Origin: Tubiluchus corallicola | Lineage: Eukaryota; Animalia; Priapulida | DNA length: 64,000 bases | Direction: 5' to 3' | NCBI GenBank assembly: GCA_030141605.1 | Contig: JAQGDQ010000002.1 | Coordinates: 2,170,001-2,234,000 of the forward strand | Shown here: positions 50,949 to 64,000 of the stretch, one piece after another | Layout: every line of letters begins with the position of its first letter | How positions within the stretch are numbered: the first letter of the stretch is position 1 | The notes under the pieces: model-generated | Database searches by the model: none | What the model was told of the DNA's origin: nothing | The model's input: the letters and a program-made list of their open reading frames with translations, nothing else | Made by a program: the position numbers and the translations under genes

Positions 50949-53900
50949 ATGGGAAGAAGTAAAAGACTATCACCACGAACTGAAAATGATAAACGTGACG
51001 ATTCTTTAGGAACGCAAGACGGATCCTCGCACAAAAAGCAGATCAGTTCTGCTTCATATGCAGAGCTTAGACGAATGTCCCGACACAAACATCAGTCTTA
51101 CCAACCAGATTATCGTCCCGTTGTGCCGTCTGATAACTGGAAATATACGTCAAGTCAAGAGCGAATACATTCTGCCAAATACAATGCTGAACGCAAGAAA
51201 CAAGGAAAGAGACGAGCAGACGGTAAATCAAAATCAAAAACATCCTATGATCAAGATGTTAGGCGTCCTGCCCACATATCACGACACGATCCGTTTCTTG
51301 ATACATTGAACAGCCAAATTTCGGACATTGGCTATTTTATCAAGAGTAACAAGCCGACACAAGAAAAGAGTTACAAAAGAAAGTCACACAAGGAATCCCA
51401 GAAGCCATTACGAGATGACTCGTATAGATGGTGTCGTCTATATATGAGGTGGCCAAGAGTTACACTAGGTAAAAACAATTTAAATTTTTATTAATGCAGT
51501 ATACTTTTCATTTTGTCGTAAAAATCGTGTTTATTTCGAACAAAAATGTTTAATCTACTAGTAAAGACAAAGTTCATAAACCGAGTTTTGAAAATAATGG
51601 AGATAATGATACTTATTATAATTGTCTTATCAAACATACTTGTCAAAGACGTTCCAAGGTTTTTGCTTCAAAATGGACAACTCCAAGATTCCCGCTCACA
51701 GTCTCACTGACAACTCGGCAACGTAATAAATTTAATATCTTAAAGAAAATTTTCAGAAGGTTGAATTAAAAATGAATTAGTTTTTAGTGTCTCAGATTAT
51801 TGTTACACTTACATGACACCGTTATTGCAGGTTTATTATGCCTTTTGCATTTCGTTCTTGCCGGCACGACTGGAATCTTGTATTTGTATGGCTACGATGT
51901 GTTTGCTGAGAACTTCAAAACCGTTCCACTTGATCTGCCCGAAGATGACACATTCCTTCACAAACTTGCGTGGGAAAACCGAAAAAGTGAAATTCCTTCG
52001 TCTATTGTACAAAAGAACGTGTTTAGTAATGATACCACAGAGGAAGAGGAAAAATCGTGGTTAGGTTATTACACATTAGTTTATTTCGTTCCACCAAAAG
52101 GAGAGAATGTCTTTAGTAAATATTACCTGGAACAAATAAAGAAGTTTGAAGAAGAATTCGCTTCTGTTCAGTATTATGAATGGTTTTGCATGAGATCTTC
52201 GCCTCTTAACCCTTGTACACAACCGAAATCGATTCTTCGTTACTTTGATAATTTAGACCCAAATTATGAAAACGTCTCATCCGTAATACATCATGTAAAT
52301 AAAATGTATCCAAAAGATTTGCAGTATTTTCTAGGCAAAGACAGCGTTATTGAGGAAGGCAAACCCGTATTTTCCGAAATAACTCGTTCGTTGTTTTTCA
52401 CGCGCCATAATGATAGCGCACCTGTTGAATATGAACAGTTTTTACATGTGGATCTTCACGACAAACTTTGGGAACTTCACAAAAATAGCGGCAGCGATAT
52501 AAAGTTTTACTTCAACAATGCGGTGATTATCATATACGACTTGCAAACTCAAGTCTTTTATGATCTTGCTTTGGCAATTGGCAGTTTTGTCTTCATTTTT
52601 CTGTTCATGTGGTTTCAAACGGCATCTTTTCTTTGTACGACATTGGCGATATTCAGCATTGTGGCATCGTTCCTAGAAGCCAACCTCATTTATCGTTTTG
52701 TCTTGAACTATCGCTACTTTGGCATATTTCACGTGCTCTCTGTCTTCATTATTCTTGGAATTGGTGCTGACGATGTGTTCGTCTTTCTGGACGCCTGGAA
52801 ATCGACGGCTTTCAAGAAATATCCGTCAATGGCACATCGGCTCACGGACTGTTACCGGCGTTCTGCTGTGTCGACTCTCATTACCTCAGTGACGACAACG
52901 GCGGCATTCCTAGCGAGTTGGCTCTCACCTTTATTGGCTGTTAGTAGTTTTGGCATTTTTTCTGCTATTCTCGTGATGGTAAACTACGTCTCAGTGTTGC
53001 TGTTCGTTCCAGCGGTTATTGCGTGCTACTATAAGAGATGGGAAGGTTACGAATACGTTTGCTGTTTGCAGCGCAAGAGCAACAGGGTCTCGCCTACTCA
53101 GTCAGAGTTAGACATAAGACGTGCTAAATATCAAGAAAAGGCTGTGCTCGTCCGGTTTTTTAGTAAGACGTATTTCAGAGTAATAACACACAGTGCAATA
53201 AAATGGATAGTGATATTTCTTTTTATGTGCCAGTTAGGAGCGTCTATATATTTTACCACCAGTCTTCAAGCAGACAGTGAACAGGTAAGTAATATTTCAA
53301 ACAATTTTAGCTAGCCCATCCAGATATCTGCACCTATATACTGTTAGATTTATTTTGGTTATTTATTTCATCTGCAGTTCCAAATCCCAACGTAATAACT
53401 TGTTAGATGCCAGAGATTTTATAACAAATGGCAGTTAAACATCCAGTAAGAAGCAGCCCAAGGGAACATAAACTACAAGTAGTGTTTGATGATAAACACG
53501 TACTTTTGAATGTATTAAATTTTGACAAACAAAACAAAAAAAACAAAATTTTAATAATTCACTTCTCTGTCGTTAATTTAACAAAATTCTAATCAGACAC
53601 AGAACGTTTGGAACCTAGCATGAGTATTTTTGTAGGGTAAAAACCATAGATAATAATGTTACTACGTAATCATTTACGCGATGCCGTAAACATTCAATGG
53701 TGCGCATTCACAATCCCAAAGACGGTAGACACTGAACATATCTTTGTTTGATTACTCAAGTAACGTTTTTCACTACCTAAATCCTAAGGCAGGCTTATTA
53801 GTTTCTATCATTAAAAGCCATTTGGTTAATGGATATGCGGTATTATATACCTTAAAATCGTCAATAATGCAATAAAAATATGTCAACCTTCATTATTCAC

Positions 53901-56900
53901 GATTAAAATAAAATATTTCTACCGAGATTTAATAGCATATAAGCAGAATGTGCGCTTAGGAGTCACAGTCACAACGCAAATAAAAAATTTGACATGCGAA
54001 ACAAATTCTTGAAAATGTAAGAACAAAAATATATTCGTCTGCATAGGGCACAGAATTGACCTACTCTTTTCAAAATTTTTGTTTAAACATTGTCTTCAAA
54101 GAATAACCCGTCTGGAGTCTTTTTCGGGATGAGTTCTACTGCTTTTCATAAAGCAGAGAATCGGGGTGCAAAATGCGAATTGTCACTTTCAACCCTTCAC
54201 CGTACGATCAGTGCAATTTTTAAAGTAGATTTCAGAAATGACAACGAAATATTTGTATGAAAGTTCTGGAACTAGAAAACAAAACTGATGTTACATACAC
54301 GTTGTACCACGAATTTAAACAACTTTTTATTGTATTAACTATGCCATACCATGTGAATGCGCTTGCTAATCTTGTATGCTCCACTTTTTGTTTTTTTTTC
54401 TCGTCTTAAAACTTGCACTGATTTTATCTAATGTGATAGACTAAGTTGTAGGGTAGACTTTCTTGTCAGACAGCTATTTCAGGATCATACGGTCTAAGTT
54501 GTTCATATCAGTACTCAGCAGCGCTATATAACAGCGAATTTTTTTTATACACTTCAAACCTGCGAAGTTGTTTAAACTTCTGAAGAAAGATTGTATATCT
54601 ATCTGCCTGCCTGTCTTATATATCTATTTATCTGTCTGTATGTATGAATGTTTGTTTGTATGTCTGTACGTACGTACGTACATACATATGTATGTATGTA
54701 TGTGAGTATGTATATATGTATGTATGTGACTATGTATATATGCATGTGCATATCTATCTATCTCACTGTTTGTCTGACCGTCTATCCATCTAACTATCTT
54801 AGATATATCTTGGTAGATATCTGTCAATTCTTTTTTCTCGCTTCTTGGTTATTTACAGATAAACATTAACATCATATACACTGTAGGTATTAACGCTACC
54901 CTGTATATCAACCATTTCTGTTGTACATTAAGATCAAATCAGCTAATCCGAATTAAAAAAATTCTGAATGTCGTTATGCCACATTAAGACAAATTTTGTA
55001 AGACTACATCTGAGAATAAAATATTATTACTTCTATTAATAACATCATCGCTGTAATTAGTATTGATACCTACTACCTACTGTATATACTATCTACTTAT
55101 ATTATAGAAAACTCGCTAGTCTGAACGCGACGTAATAGGCCTATCATTCTTCTAAAACACAAGATAACTGCCACTCCACAAATATGGATCAATTCGTAAA
55201 ATTTGCAAATAAATTTCCCCCTCAGTTTAATCTGTGATAAAAATGAACCTCCACCACCTATGGTCAAACCTTGGTACCAAACTATGTTATAGATAGTAAA
55301 TTCTGGTATAATCAGCAACAATTTCATTTAAGTTTAAATCATTAATCTGGATGAGACAATGTTTCCTGTATCGTCTGCAGTGAAGGGTTAAAAAGAAATT
55401 CAAGGCGCAAAGGGAGGTTTGTACAGCTGGGCAATATTTGCCCACTGCTAATGATAATGATGATAATTCCGATTTTCAGCGTAGCTTTCCATGGTTTTCG
55501 AAGAAATAAATTTATAACATTATTTATTTTACAGGTGAAGATTTTAAAGACATCTAACAATTATGGAATGGCACAAGAGTTGGAACTACATGGCTTCCGT
55601 CCAAATCCGGACGAGGATACCGTAGAAGTGATAATTGTGTGGGGGCTGCAGAAACAGAATTTGACAAAATGCCACAAATCTGACATTTACTGTACGGGAG
55701 AAACTGTTTACGATAACTACTTTGATTTGAATCCAGTGAAAGCACAAACAGCGATGCGGGTAAACCAATAATCAAACTAATTTCGAAGCAATCAGTACTG
55801 ATTAATGTGAAACTATGCATTTTGATCTAAAGACAATCTATATTACGCGTATTATATGTGGTGGTCTAAAAACATTTTTTTCAAAATAGCAAACTTGTTG
55901 TTTCGAAACTAACGAATTTGTTACAACAAAATAAGCTTCTCAAATGAGGGGTCACCTCGACAGGTAATAATTATAAGGAGTCATACTGTCTCGTTTTAGG
56001 AGTTTTGCGCAAAAATGCGTAATCTCACTGAAGAAGAAATTAAACACCTGCGAGTGAAAACAACGAACGAAAACTCTTTGGAGACGGCAGACTTGCAATG
56101 CTTTCTGGAAAGCATGGATACGTATTTTCAGGTAGACTACAATACAATTTGAATTCCTGTAACAATTAAACATACCTATACAGTATACATGTTTCTGTTA
56201 CAGCTACTTACTTGGACGCTGTATTTTGTAAATTAATGGCAATGAAAACCAAACTTGGTAAAAGTACCCGGCTGCGCCCCCCCCCCCGCGTGCCGCTGCC
56301 CCTATCGTTGATTATTGATAATATAGCAGCTGGGAGCAAAATAACTGAATAATCTTGACTGTATAGTTGCTATTCAAATTTTGTTAATATCTCTCACTCA
56401 AAGTTGAGTACTAAATTTAAAATATGAGTTTTGGCAAAAAAAATTAACTTAAATTTGTTATCAATACTTGAATAAAAAATTAGTTGAACTTCCAGATCAA
56501 TCATCTCGACTTTTCCTTATATTCTGCGCACTGTACACACAGCCGCATAATTATCTTGCTCGCTGTGTAAAATCAGAGCTCTGAACGTCTTCAGATCTTC
56601 CCTGATATGCTTTCTCGGTCAGAGAGAGAGTTCACACAGTAATTACAGTCTTAAACACTCGTGTTGTTCATAAAATTCAGTATCTGGTTTCATTCTTTCT
56701 CATTAATTTCAGGCAGAGCAAAGCAATCCAATTTATCAGGGTACGATTCTGTTTCCCGCATCACAAGATCATGTACGCAACCTAATGAATGCACATCCCA
56801 ACATATACAACATGTCAAATGTAGGCACGGAGTTTTCTAGATATTTTGAGGTATTGGCGCTTAAAATCACCTCTACTATAACCTTTAAGTATGGTGTCAA

Positions 56901-59900
56901 GATATTGACTGTGGAAGTCAAATGATCTTTCATTGGTTAGGAATATTTTCTATGGGCGCTGACACCACTGTGATACATTCTTGACGTGTTGAAAATAGTA
57001 TTCTGATACTGTTATATTAAATAAATTAAAAATTAATAAATAAATTATGATGCATGTTGCGCATTGGGCTGCAGATGCAAATTGTCGTGTTCGACTGTAA
57101 TAATTCGGTTTTAAGACACGTCATCCCCAAGAATTTTACTGCAATTTTATACGTTTATTGTTTACTGGAGGCGCATCACGATAAAAAGGAATTTGTCTGA
57201 AAGCTCTGGTTAAATGGAGATGACAGCGGCAAGCCAATAAAACGTCAAGATTTAATATATAAATTTATATAACATAGATTTAATAAAAAAAGAGGCCAAT
57301 TGAGCCACAAGAAGCCCTTCCCTCCACAATTCAAGTAGTAATGACGTGGCTTCAGCGACCTTGGAGATGCAATATGTAAAGAAAGGTGTCCATGTGACAT
57401 TTAATGTAAAGTCAAAATAATGTGTGCTACGATGACCCTCTCTTGGAGGTAGGAATAGCAAACTGTTCGACATTTTTTAAACATTCCTACCAAGCTATCT
57501 CATTACAAAGGATAATGATGTAAGATGAAACACTTGATTGAAGTTGTAAATGGAGATAAACAAGAAAAATTTGCAAGAACAAACAGTAAGACAAAAATTT
57601 GCAAGTAAGACAGATGAAATCACCCTGAATGATCATTGAATGCAGGTGTCACCCACCCATTTTCAGGTTCTGAGGATCATCTGTGCTTAAGTTAGATAGC
57701 TATAGTTAGTTAACTTAACTGTGGGCTGATAAGTTGCTAATATAGGTATTTAGATATAAACAAGAGTTCTATATGCACAACAGCATTTTAGACTTTTGAG
57801 CTAAAAAACTAAACTCAATTAAATATGCACTTCTTTTACGGCTCACGTTACAGACTGCAATGGACTTCTGGTTACAAGATGGATACGAACAGCTCTTCGC
57901 GCTGGAGGAAGGAAATTTGAATCCTAATGGATTTCTAGGAGCGGAACCAGATCCTATAGACAGCCTACCAACTGTGTTTAACCGTAAATACATAAACTAA
58001 TAATAAAATTATGACAACTATAACAACATCGTTATGTAAATAAAACTGTCAGCTTCTCTAATATTTTTGGAATTTAGGACTCATCACTTCTGGCCGAGAT
58101 CTGGACAAAATCTGGAATCTGGTTAGCAATTAACAGAAACTGTTATTATTGTGGATGTCTGAGATTATACACGCTTTGAGTACAAAAATCAAACTTTCGC
58201 AAATGCGTGCTATGTAATAATTAGGTTCGAGAAAATACAATAAGACACATTTTGTGCTTTATTCTACGATCGATTATTTTTCTTGCAGCTAACGTCATTT
58301 ACGGCAGGAGATTGCGATATGCAGCAATTATGGTCGGGACGTCGCTGTCGCACAATAACCTTGGTTTCGAAGAAGGACTTCCCGTAAAGGAAGAGTGGGA
58401 TAAATTTTTGGAGGTATCGTTAATTACTTTCTTTATAGCAGAGTACATTTGGTTATTGCGAATCAAGCATATATCATTGAAATACAGAAGAAAAAGCAAT
58501 AATTACGCCCAATTATCTAACAAATGGAGCATGAGATTTTCTAACTTTTTGCCATTAGTGGTCTAATCGAAGTGTGGGCAAATTTGTGTAAGTTCCAAAT
58601 GAAGATAATTACCCGCATGATTTTCAATAAATGATTAGTAGCATATACAGCAATTATACCCCGCGCAATGAGATATCCATTTAAAATTTTTGATTTGCTT
58701 ATAGGAACAACAATTTCCAGCAAGCATATCTAAACCATTCCATACAACTCAGCAAGGAGACTGGCACGCCATCCAGCGGCAAAAGGTATTTTTGTGGAAT
58801 TAATATACATACTAGCAAAGGCCCCGCAAAAAATTTGCGTATAAATACACGTATAATCAAAAATACGCGAACATCCTACCTAGTCCTCATTCATAACGCA
58901 AAGCCAGCAGCAGCAGCTTTTACCGAATTGAAGTTATAAGGTTATAGACAGAGTATAATGGATGACGTCACAACAATGGCTTTGCGTCAGCAGTTTTCTA
59001 AGCGAGAATTGACAAAAATAGAACATCTCATTAGCTCGTCGATACTCCTCTCAGTAGACGTGTCCTAAAATGCAGCCTACAAGGCTATAAGCTATAATGG
59101 AAGTTTAAAGTTATACAACTTTTAATCATAAAGAATTGCGTTATGTTAGCAAATTAATATATGATGTTATACTACTTATGCGATATATATATATATATAT
59201 ACATACACATACATGGATATACATGTCATTTATTTTTGCAACTGATTGTTTGCTGTTACCTCTGAATGGTCAACAACCTAATTTTGAGTGACATTTGTAG
59301 GCAAGAAGATTCAATGCAAACGTTTCAATATTTTAAGGTGTAAAAAATTACCAAACACCATCAGGGTTCAACAGAATGATTAATAATAGATTTTGTTTGT
59401 TTGTTCAGTTGTCCTGCCTGTTTCTTAGTTGTTCCTCTCCATTTTTCTGGAGATGAAAGGTCAAAGGTCAAGGTTTTAGTTGTACATCTGTAATTTTTTT
59501 GTATGGCTGTAAAACTAAAGCAGTTTATCCAAGATCAAGTGTCAAAGTCACAGTAACTGCTGTACAAAGTTTTCATTGCCACTTGAGTTGTCTCTCTGCT
59601 CAATTCTAGTTCTTCATTTTAAAACATCAAACAACATGTGATTTTTACAGGAGCTAGTTTATTCGGCAGTACAAGGAATCATCATTGGACTGGTCCTTGC
59701 ATTCCCCATTCTCACACTGGCAACAAGGAACTTGGTCATTAGCAGCCTGGCTACTACTTCCATTGCTGGTGTTACCGTTTCCGTTGTTTCAATGATACCA
59801 ATCTGTGGCTGGAAACTAGGGGTAACTATATTCTTCTCATACGCAAAGATCCATGTTGCTTGACAATTTATTTATAGTACATTTATAGGCTTACGTTTTT

Positions 59901-60337
59901 GCAATACTTGTATTTTGCAGGTTTTAGAGTCAATCAATCTTTGTCTTATAGTCGGTTTGGCCATCGATTATGTAGTTCATCTAGCAAAGGCATACCATCA
60001 CTCAGCAGCAAATGATCGTCTCCAGCGGACTCATTACATGCTGGAGGAAATGGGCACGTCGGTTCTTTCGGGAGCACTAACGACTCTCGGCGCATCAACC
60101 TTCATGCTCTTCACACAGATTCTTTTCTTCACACAATTTGGCTTGTTCATGTTCACCACAATTTTTTTCTCTATTATATATGCACTGGGCTTTTTCACTG
60201 CCATCATGAGCACAATAGGCCCAGAAAAAAATTTTGGTTCATTAGAGCCCATATTGGAGTGGATGTATTCATGTTGTTGCTCTAGCAAGCCAAAGCAAAA
60301 ACTTGGTGAAACTAACAATAATATTGAAAAGTACTGA
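50949..60337 (+). CDS. Dispatched-like (Patched/RND, sterol-sensing domain) 12-TM protein, paralog B, 10 exons, ~1130 aa
   Basis: Exons 50949-51468, 51831-53284, 55535-55759, 56000-56131, 56713-56850, 57854-57983, 58289-58413, 58705-58785, 59651-59821, 59921-60337 (3393 nt, open). It carries ILGIGADDVFVF and GLAIDYVVHLAKAY, and every exon aligns with its paralog A counterpart at the same intron phase. The start codon could be a downstream Met in exon 1. Confidence 0.92.
54596..54815. repeat. Degenerate (TATG/TCTA/TCTG)n simple repeat
   Basis: Seen directly in intron 2 of paralog B. Confidence 0.85.
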
Positions 60338-62046
60338 TCCAAAAATATTTTTAACCTAAAAAATTAGTACATTGCATTTAACGATGTGATCAACAGTTTT
60401 CAGCTGTGTTGACGCATTAGGAACCAACAGTTTTTTTTATGTCTAGTATTCCCGTAGGCATGTAAATTATTAAATTTTTTAATGAAATACTGTTCCTAAA
60501 AATTATCAGCAAGAGATAGAAAATATTTTACAAGCTGATACACAGTGTGATACACTGTGGAGTTACTGGCAATAATTCTTTTATCATCCATTTAATGGCT
60601 TTAATTGAGAATTTAATAAGTAATTAAGATTTTTTATTTATTTAATACTATTAAACTGCAAAGCATTTTCCACTGTTGATATTCCAAAAAATATCAGAAA
60701 TCTGAGAGACAGGTATACAATTCATACATTTATTCAACGTAAAGAATTAGATACGTATAGATAACCGTCAAATAAATGTAACATTGGTCGAGTGACTGAA
60801 GATCACCATTAATATGATTAGGTAGTTGTTTAGAAAAATACAGGAAAAAAATCAAATGCACAATTTCTTACCAAATAAAGCGGCTTAAATTGATTAAGAT
60901 GCCACAGCTGTTCACTCAGTCACACAATTTATTACACATGGTATAATTATGATATTTATTACACAGTGTTGCTGTAAGTTGATACACTTTTAGATTTTCA
61001 CATAATTTGCCTTTGAGGAAATTATGTACAACATCTACGAGTTCAAAATTAATTTACTGATCTCATTCAGTATTAATCAGTATTCTGTCGCTAGTCATAG
61101 AATTCACAAATAGCCACTGACCAATAGCCACTGACCTTGATCCTCAGGCAACAATCATTACATTGTTGATTCTTAGCTAATCAACTAACAATTTCAAGAT
61201 TAATTTATTAATCTTATTCAGTAAAATTAATAACTGCAGAAATGGCCAAAGACCAATGACCTTAGGCCCCAAGTAAAGGTTGTTAGAATGTTATGTTCAC
61301 TTAACTTTACAAAACACACATGCCTAAATTTTCAGAATAACAGGACACACTCATATTTTAAAAAGGCATTAAAGTTGGGTTCTCCTACTTTTTCAAGTTG
61401 CTTTACTTTGGTACTGCAGATTGGCCACATATCAACTCTCCACATATGCAAGAAAATTAAATGAATCATGTGCATCAATGGATTGCAAAGATTGAGTTAT
61501 CATAATTATATATAACTGAAGCTACATAGCTTGTTAACCACACAAGAACTTTTTAATGACCTGTAACCTATACATTAACAACAGCATTTGTAAGTAATAA
61601 AGCCTTTACTTTTCATACTTTATGATGAAGAAAAAAATGGTACAACAGCATTTAAAATGATCTCACTTCCACGGTAAATTACAGGTAAAAATAAATATAC
61701 AGTGATCCTGTTTTCAAGTTAAGAACTAAAACGAGAAAATTCAGCTAACAAAAATTTACAGAACAATTGGTGAATGGTGTCTAAATGTTGCAAAGGCTTT
61801 GCATTAAGCCAACCAATGCAGACTTTTGTACCTCAAGAACACATAATTTACAGATACTAACACAATACATTGTAATATGTATATAAGCATCCACATAATT
61901 CTAAATCTGCCGGAATGGGGCTGCCCACAGATTTAATCTTTCGTATATCCATCAAATTACCTAGATTACATTGAGTGACGGACTCTTCTTTTGTTACCTG
62001 AACAACAGGTGCGTTCCTATTTACATTACTCATATACTCTATGCCA

Positions 62047-64000
62047 TCATCTACCCGGTGTGACAATCAGTATTTGAGCAACATCATCATAATCATACGT
62101 GCGTTTGAGGAACGTGTCTGTTATCCGAATGCCTGACACACTCTGGAATTCAATTCAATTAAAGAGATTTTTTTAGCATAAGATTGTCAGCAAATAGCAA
62201 ATGCAAATTAGGTTTTGTCATCAAATTACTGTAGATAATATAAAAGATTGGAAAATCATTATAGTAAGGGAAAATAGTCAGCAGAAGCTTTCAGCAGAAG
62301 GGAAACTTTCAGAAGCTGCAGAACTAGTCAGTTGTTATACTTAGAGTGAGCTCCAGTTTTATAGTTTTAAGAAATAGGACTGCCGTGAGTCAGTTTTCTT
62401 TCATAGAAAAAGAATTTAAGTATTCAGCATTATCAGCAGAAAGTCTTGATTACATGATTATCCAGTAATTGATTTCTTTTGCAAGAATTATAAGGATGCT
62501 TTAGCGGTTATCAACAGATTTTCTTAACACTTCTTGATAACAACATGTAAGCAAATTTGTACTACTAATTGGTGGCTGGTTTACATTCACACTGGATTTT
62601 TATGTACAGAATTTTTTCGCTCTGTTATTTATGCTGTTATGTAATGATTTTAGTTAAACACAAATTTCAAAATAAATTTAAGCTTACAGGTGTACACACG
62701 CACACATGTTTACAGTTTATTGGGGCATTCTCAAACACAATAATATCGACAATACTGAATATCGGCAACATAGAATATTGACACTTAATTCAAGTATTAT
62801 CAATATTGTTGCGCATGTGTATGCCACTTTAGTAGTTTGTGGAAACTGCTGCAGTATAAAAATTGTTTAAAGAACACATGCCATGCATTAATGATTTACT
62901 AAATTTAAATTATGAATTATTACAAGTTATTTTACTGTTACAATTGTTTAAAGAACACATGCCATGCATTAATGATTTACTTAATTTAAATTATGAATTA
63001 TTACAAGTTATTTTACTGTTATACAATATATCATTCACAAATAATTTTGTGCAGTCGATCAGGTTGTTGAAAGCTTTAACCATTCTAGTTGATTTTAGGT
63101 TTATCGTTTATTGCTTTAATAGAAGCTGCGAGTGTTTTTAGCAATTTTATTGCTTTTCTCAGTTTTTTGATATTGTTGATGTTGTCTGTTATACAATGTT
63201 ATGTCACTACTGATATTAGTGCTGTACCATCTTATTTTGCGTAAACAATAAAAAACGTTTAACAATGCCAGACTTTGAATTATTTATTGCACAATAAGTC
63301 TGCACCTTGTATTTTACTATTCGCTTTTAATAGATCAGAGCCTGTAGAAATTAAAAATGTCAGAAGTATATATATACTATACCTGTAATCCAGTTTGAGT
63401 AAAAACGAGCTGCAGCTTTAAATTTAAACTATTGTTAGGCTCAAGTTGACCAAGTTGTTTACATGTAATGCCATACCAAAACATTCCATTGTCCACTTGG
63501 TTTTCTACACTCATACTTAATTCCATTGGCCTTTCACTGTTAAAAGTTCAAAACATTGACAATGAATTTAACAAACTAAACAGAACTGCAAATGACTATA
63601 TCTGTTTGTAAAATTAAAAAGTGGTTAAAATGTGAAATGGGTTTTTCAATTCTAATACAGAATAAGCACTTGACAAAGCACACAAGCATAAACAAAAGAA
63701 CTGCCTGTCAACATCAAAATTCTACTCTAAAAGATATGCTACATACGCCAAAGAATAAGTGGTCATTACTCTAGTTAACATAATTGAAAAAAATCGCTCT
63801 TATATCATAATAAGTAAGTGACTTATAAGAGAAAAGAACAGAGTAATGGAGAAAAACCATGCTATTGACTATTGAGCATAAGACCAACTGACTGTATTGA
63901 CGTACACACAGTTAGTTATGCAGCAACTGATGTCAATTAGCTTCTCTCTTTCAGCAACGTCAGGAAACTGCATGACTTCTAAGTGTATATCACCATGAGG
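62047..64000 (-). CDS. TRAPPC13: Trafficking protein particle complex subunit 13, last three exons (gene continues beyond window)
   Basis: Exons 63906->64000 ([22 protein letters not shown]), 63383-63536 ([40 protein letters not shown]) and 62047-62142 ([31 protein letters not shown]). These match the recalled TRAPPC13 C-terminus ([27 protein letters not shown]). The ORF track misses them. Confidence 0.9.
62861..63021. repeat. 81-bp tandem duplication in the last TRAPPC13 intron
   Basis: The unit aattgtttaaagaacacatgcc...ttttactgtta occurs at 62861 and 62942 with one visible mismatch. Confidence 0.95.

Noticed and set aside
61857-62066. 69-aa minus-strand ORF
   Set aside because: It is in a different frame from TRAPPC13, which stops at 62047; this is 3' UTR.
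62863-63141. ORF with a 27-aa repeat
   Set aside because: Product of the 81-bp intronic duplication, antisense to TRAPPC13.

Overview
AT-rich, intron-rich invertebrate animal genomic DNA, not prokaryotic; no rRNA, tRNA or CRISPR was seen. I assembled five spliced genes by hand from GT-AG boundaries and checked intron phase. (1) GTF3C5, the TFIIIC 63-kDa subunit: minus strand, 11 exons, 8776-21738, ~555 aa. (2) A compact MUC13/HEG1-like type I membrane protein (signal-EGF-SEA-EGF-EGF-TM-NxxY tail): minus strand, 7 exons, 25233-30289, ~369 aa. (3,4) Two tandem, fully open Dispatched-like (Patched/RND sterol-sensing) 12-TM paralogs with identical 10-exon structure: plus strand, 34839-48441 (~1059 aa) and 50949-60337 (~1130 aa). 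(5) The last three exons of TRAPPC13: minus strand, 62047 to beyond 64000. Introns and intergenic DNA carry nested Tigger/pogo-like elements, hAT MITEs with 8-bp TSDs, a young 5'-truncated LINE, decayed LINEs, a Tc1/mariner remnant, a bipartite RTE-derived element with a perfect 18-bp TSD, a 32-bp perfect hairpin and microsatellites. The most notable observations are the Dispatched-like pair with divergent cytoplasmic ends, the PTS-less mucin whose intron 2 reads in frame into poly-Thr, and a 104-bp duplication creating a decoy splice acceptor in GTF3C5. Gene names come from remembered protein motifs, not database searches, and the species cannot be determined. I found no evidence for a wholly new multi-gene system beyond these hypotheses.
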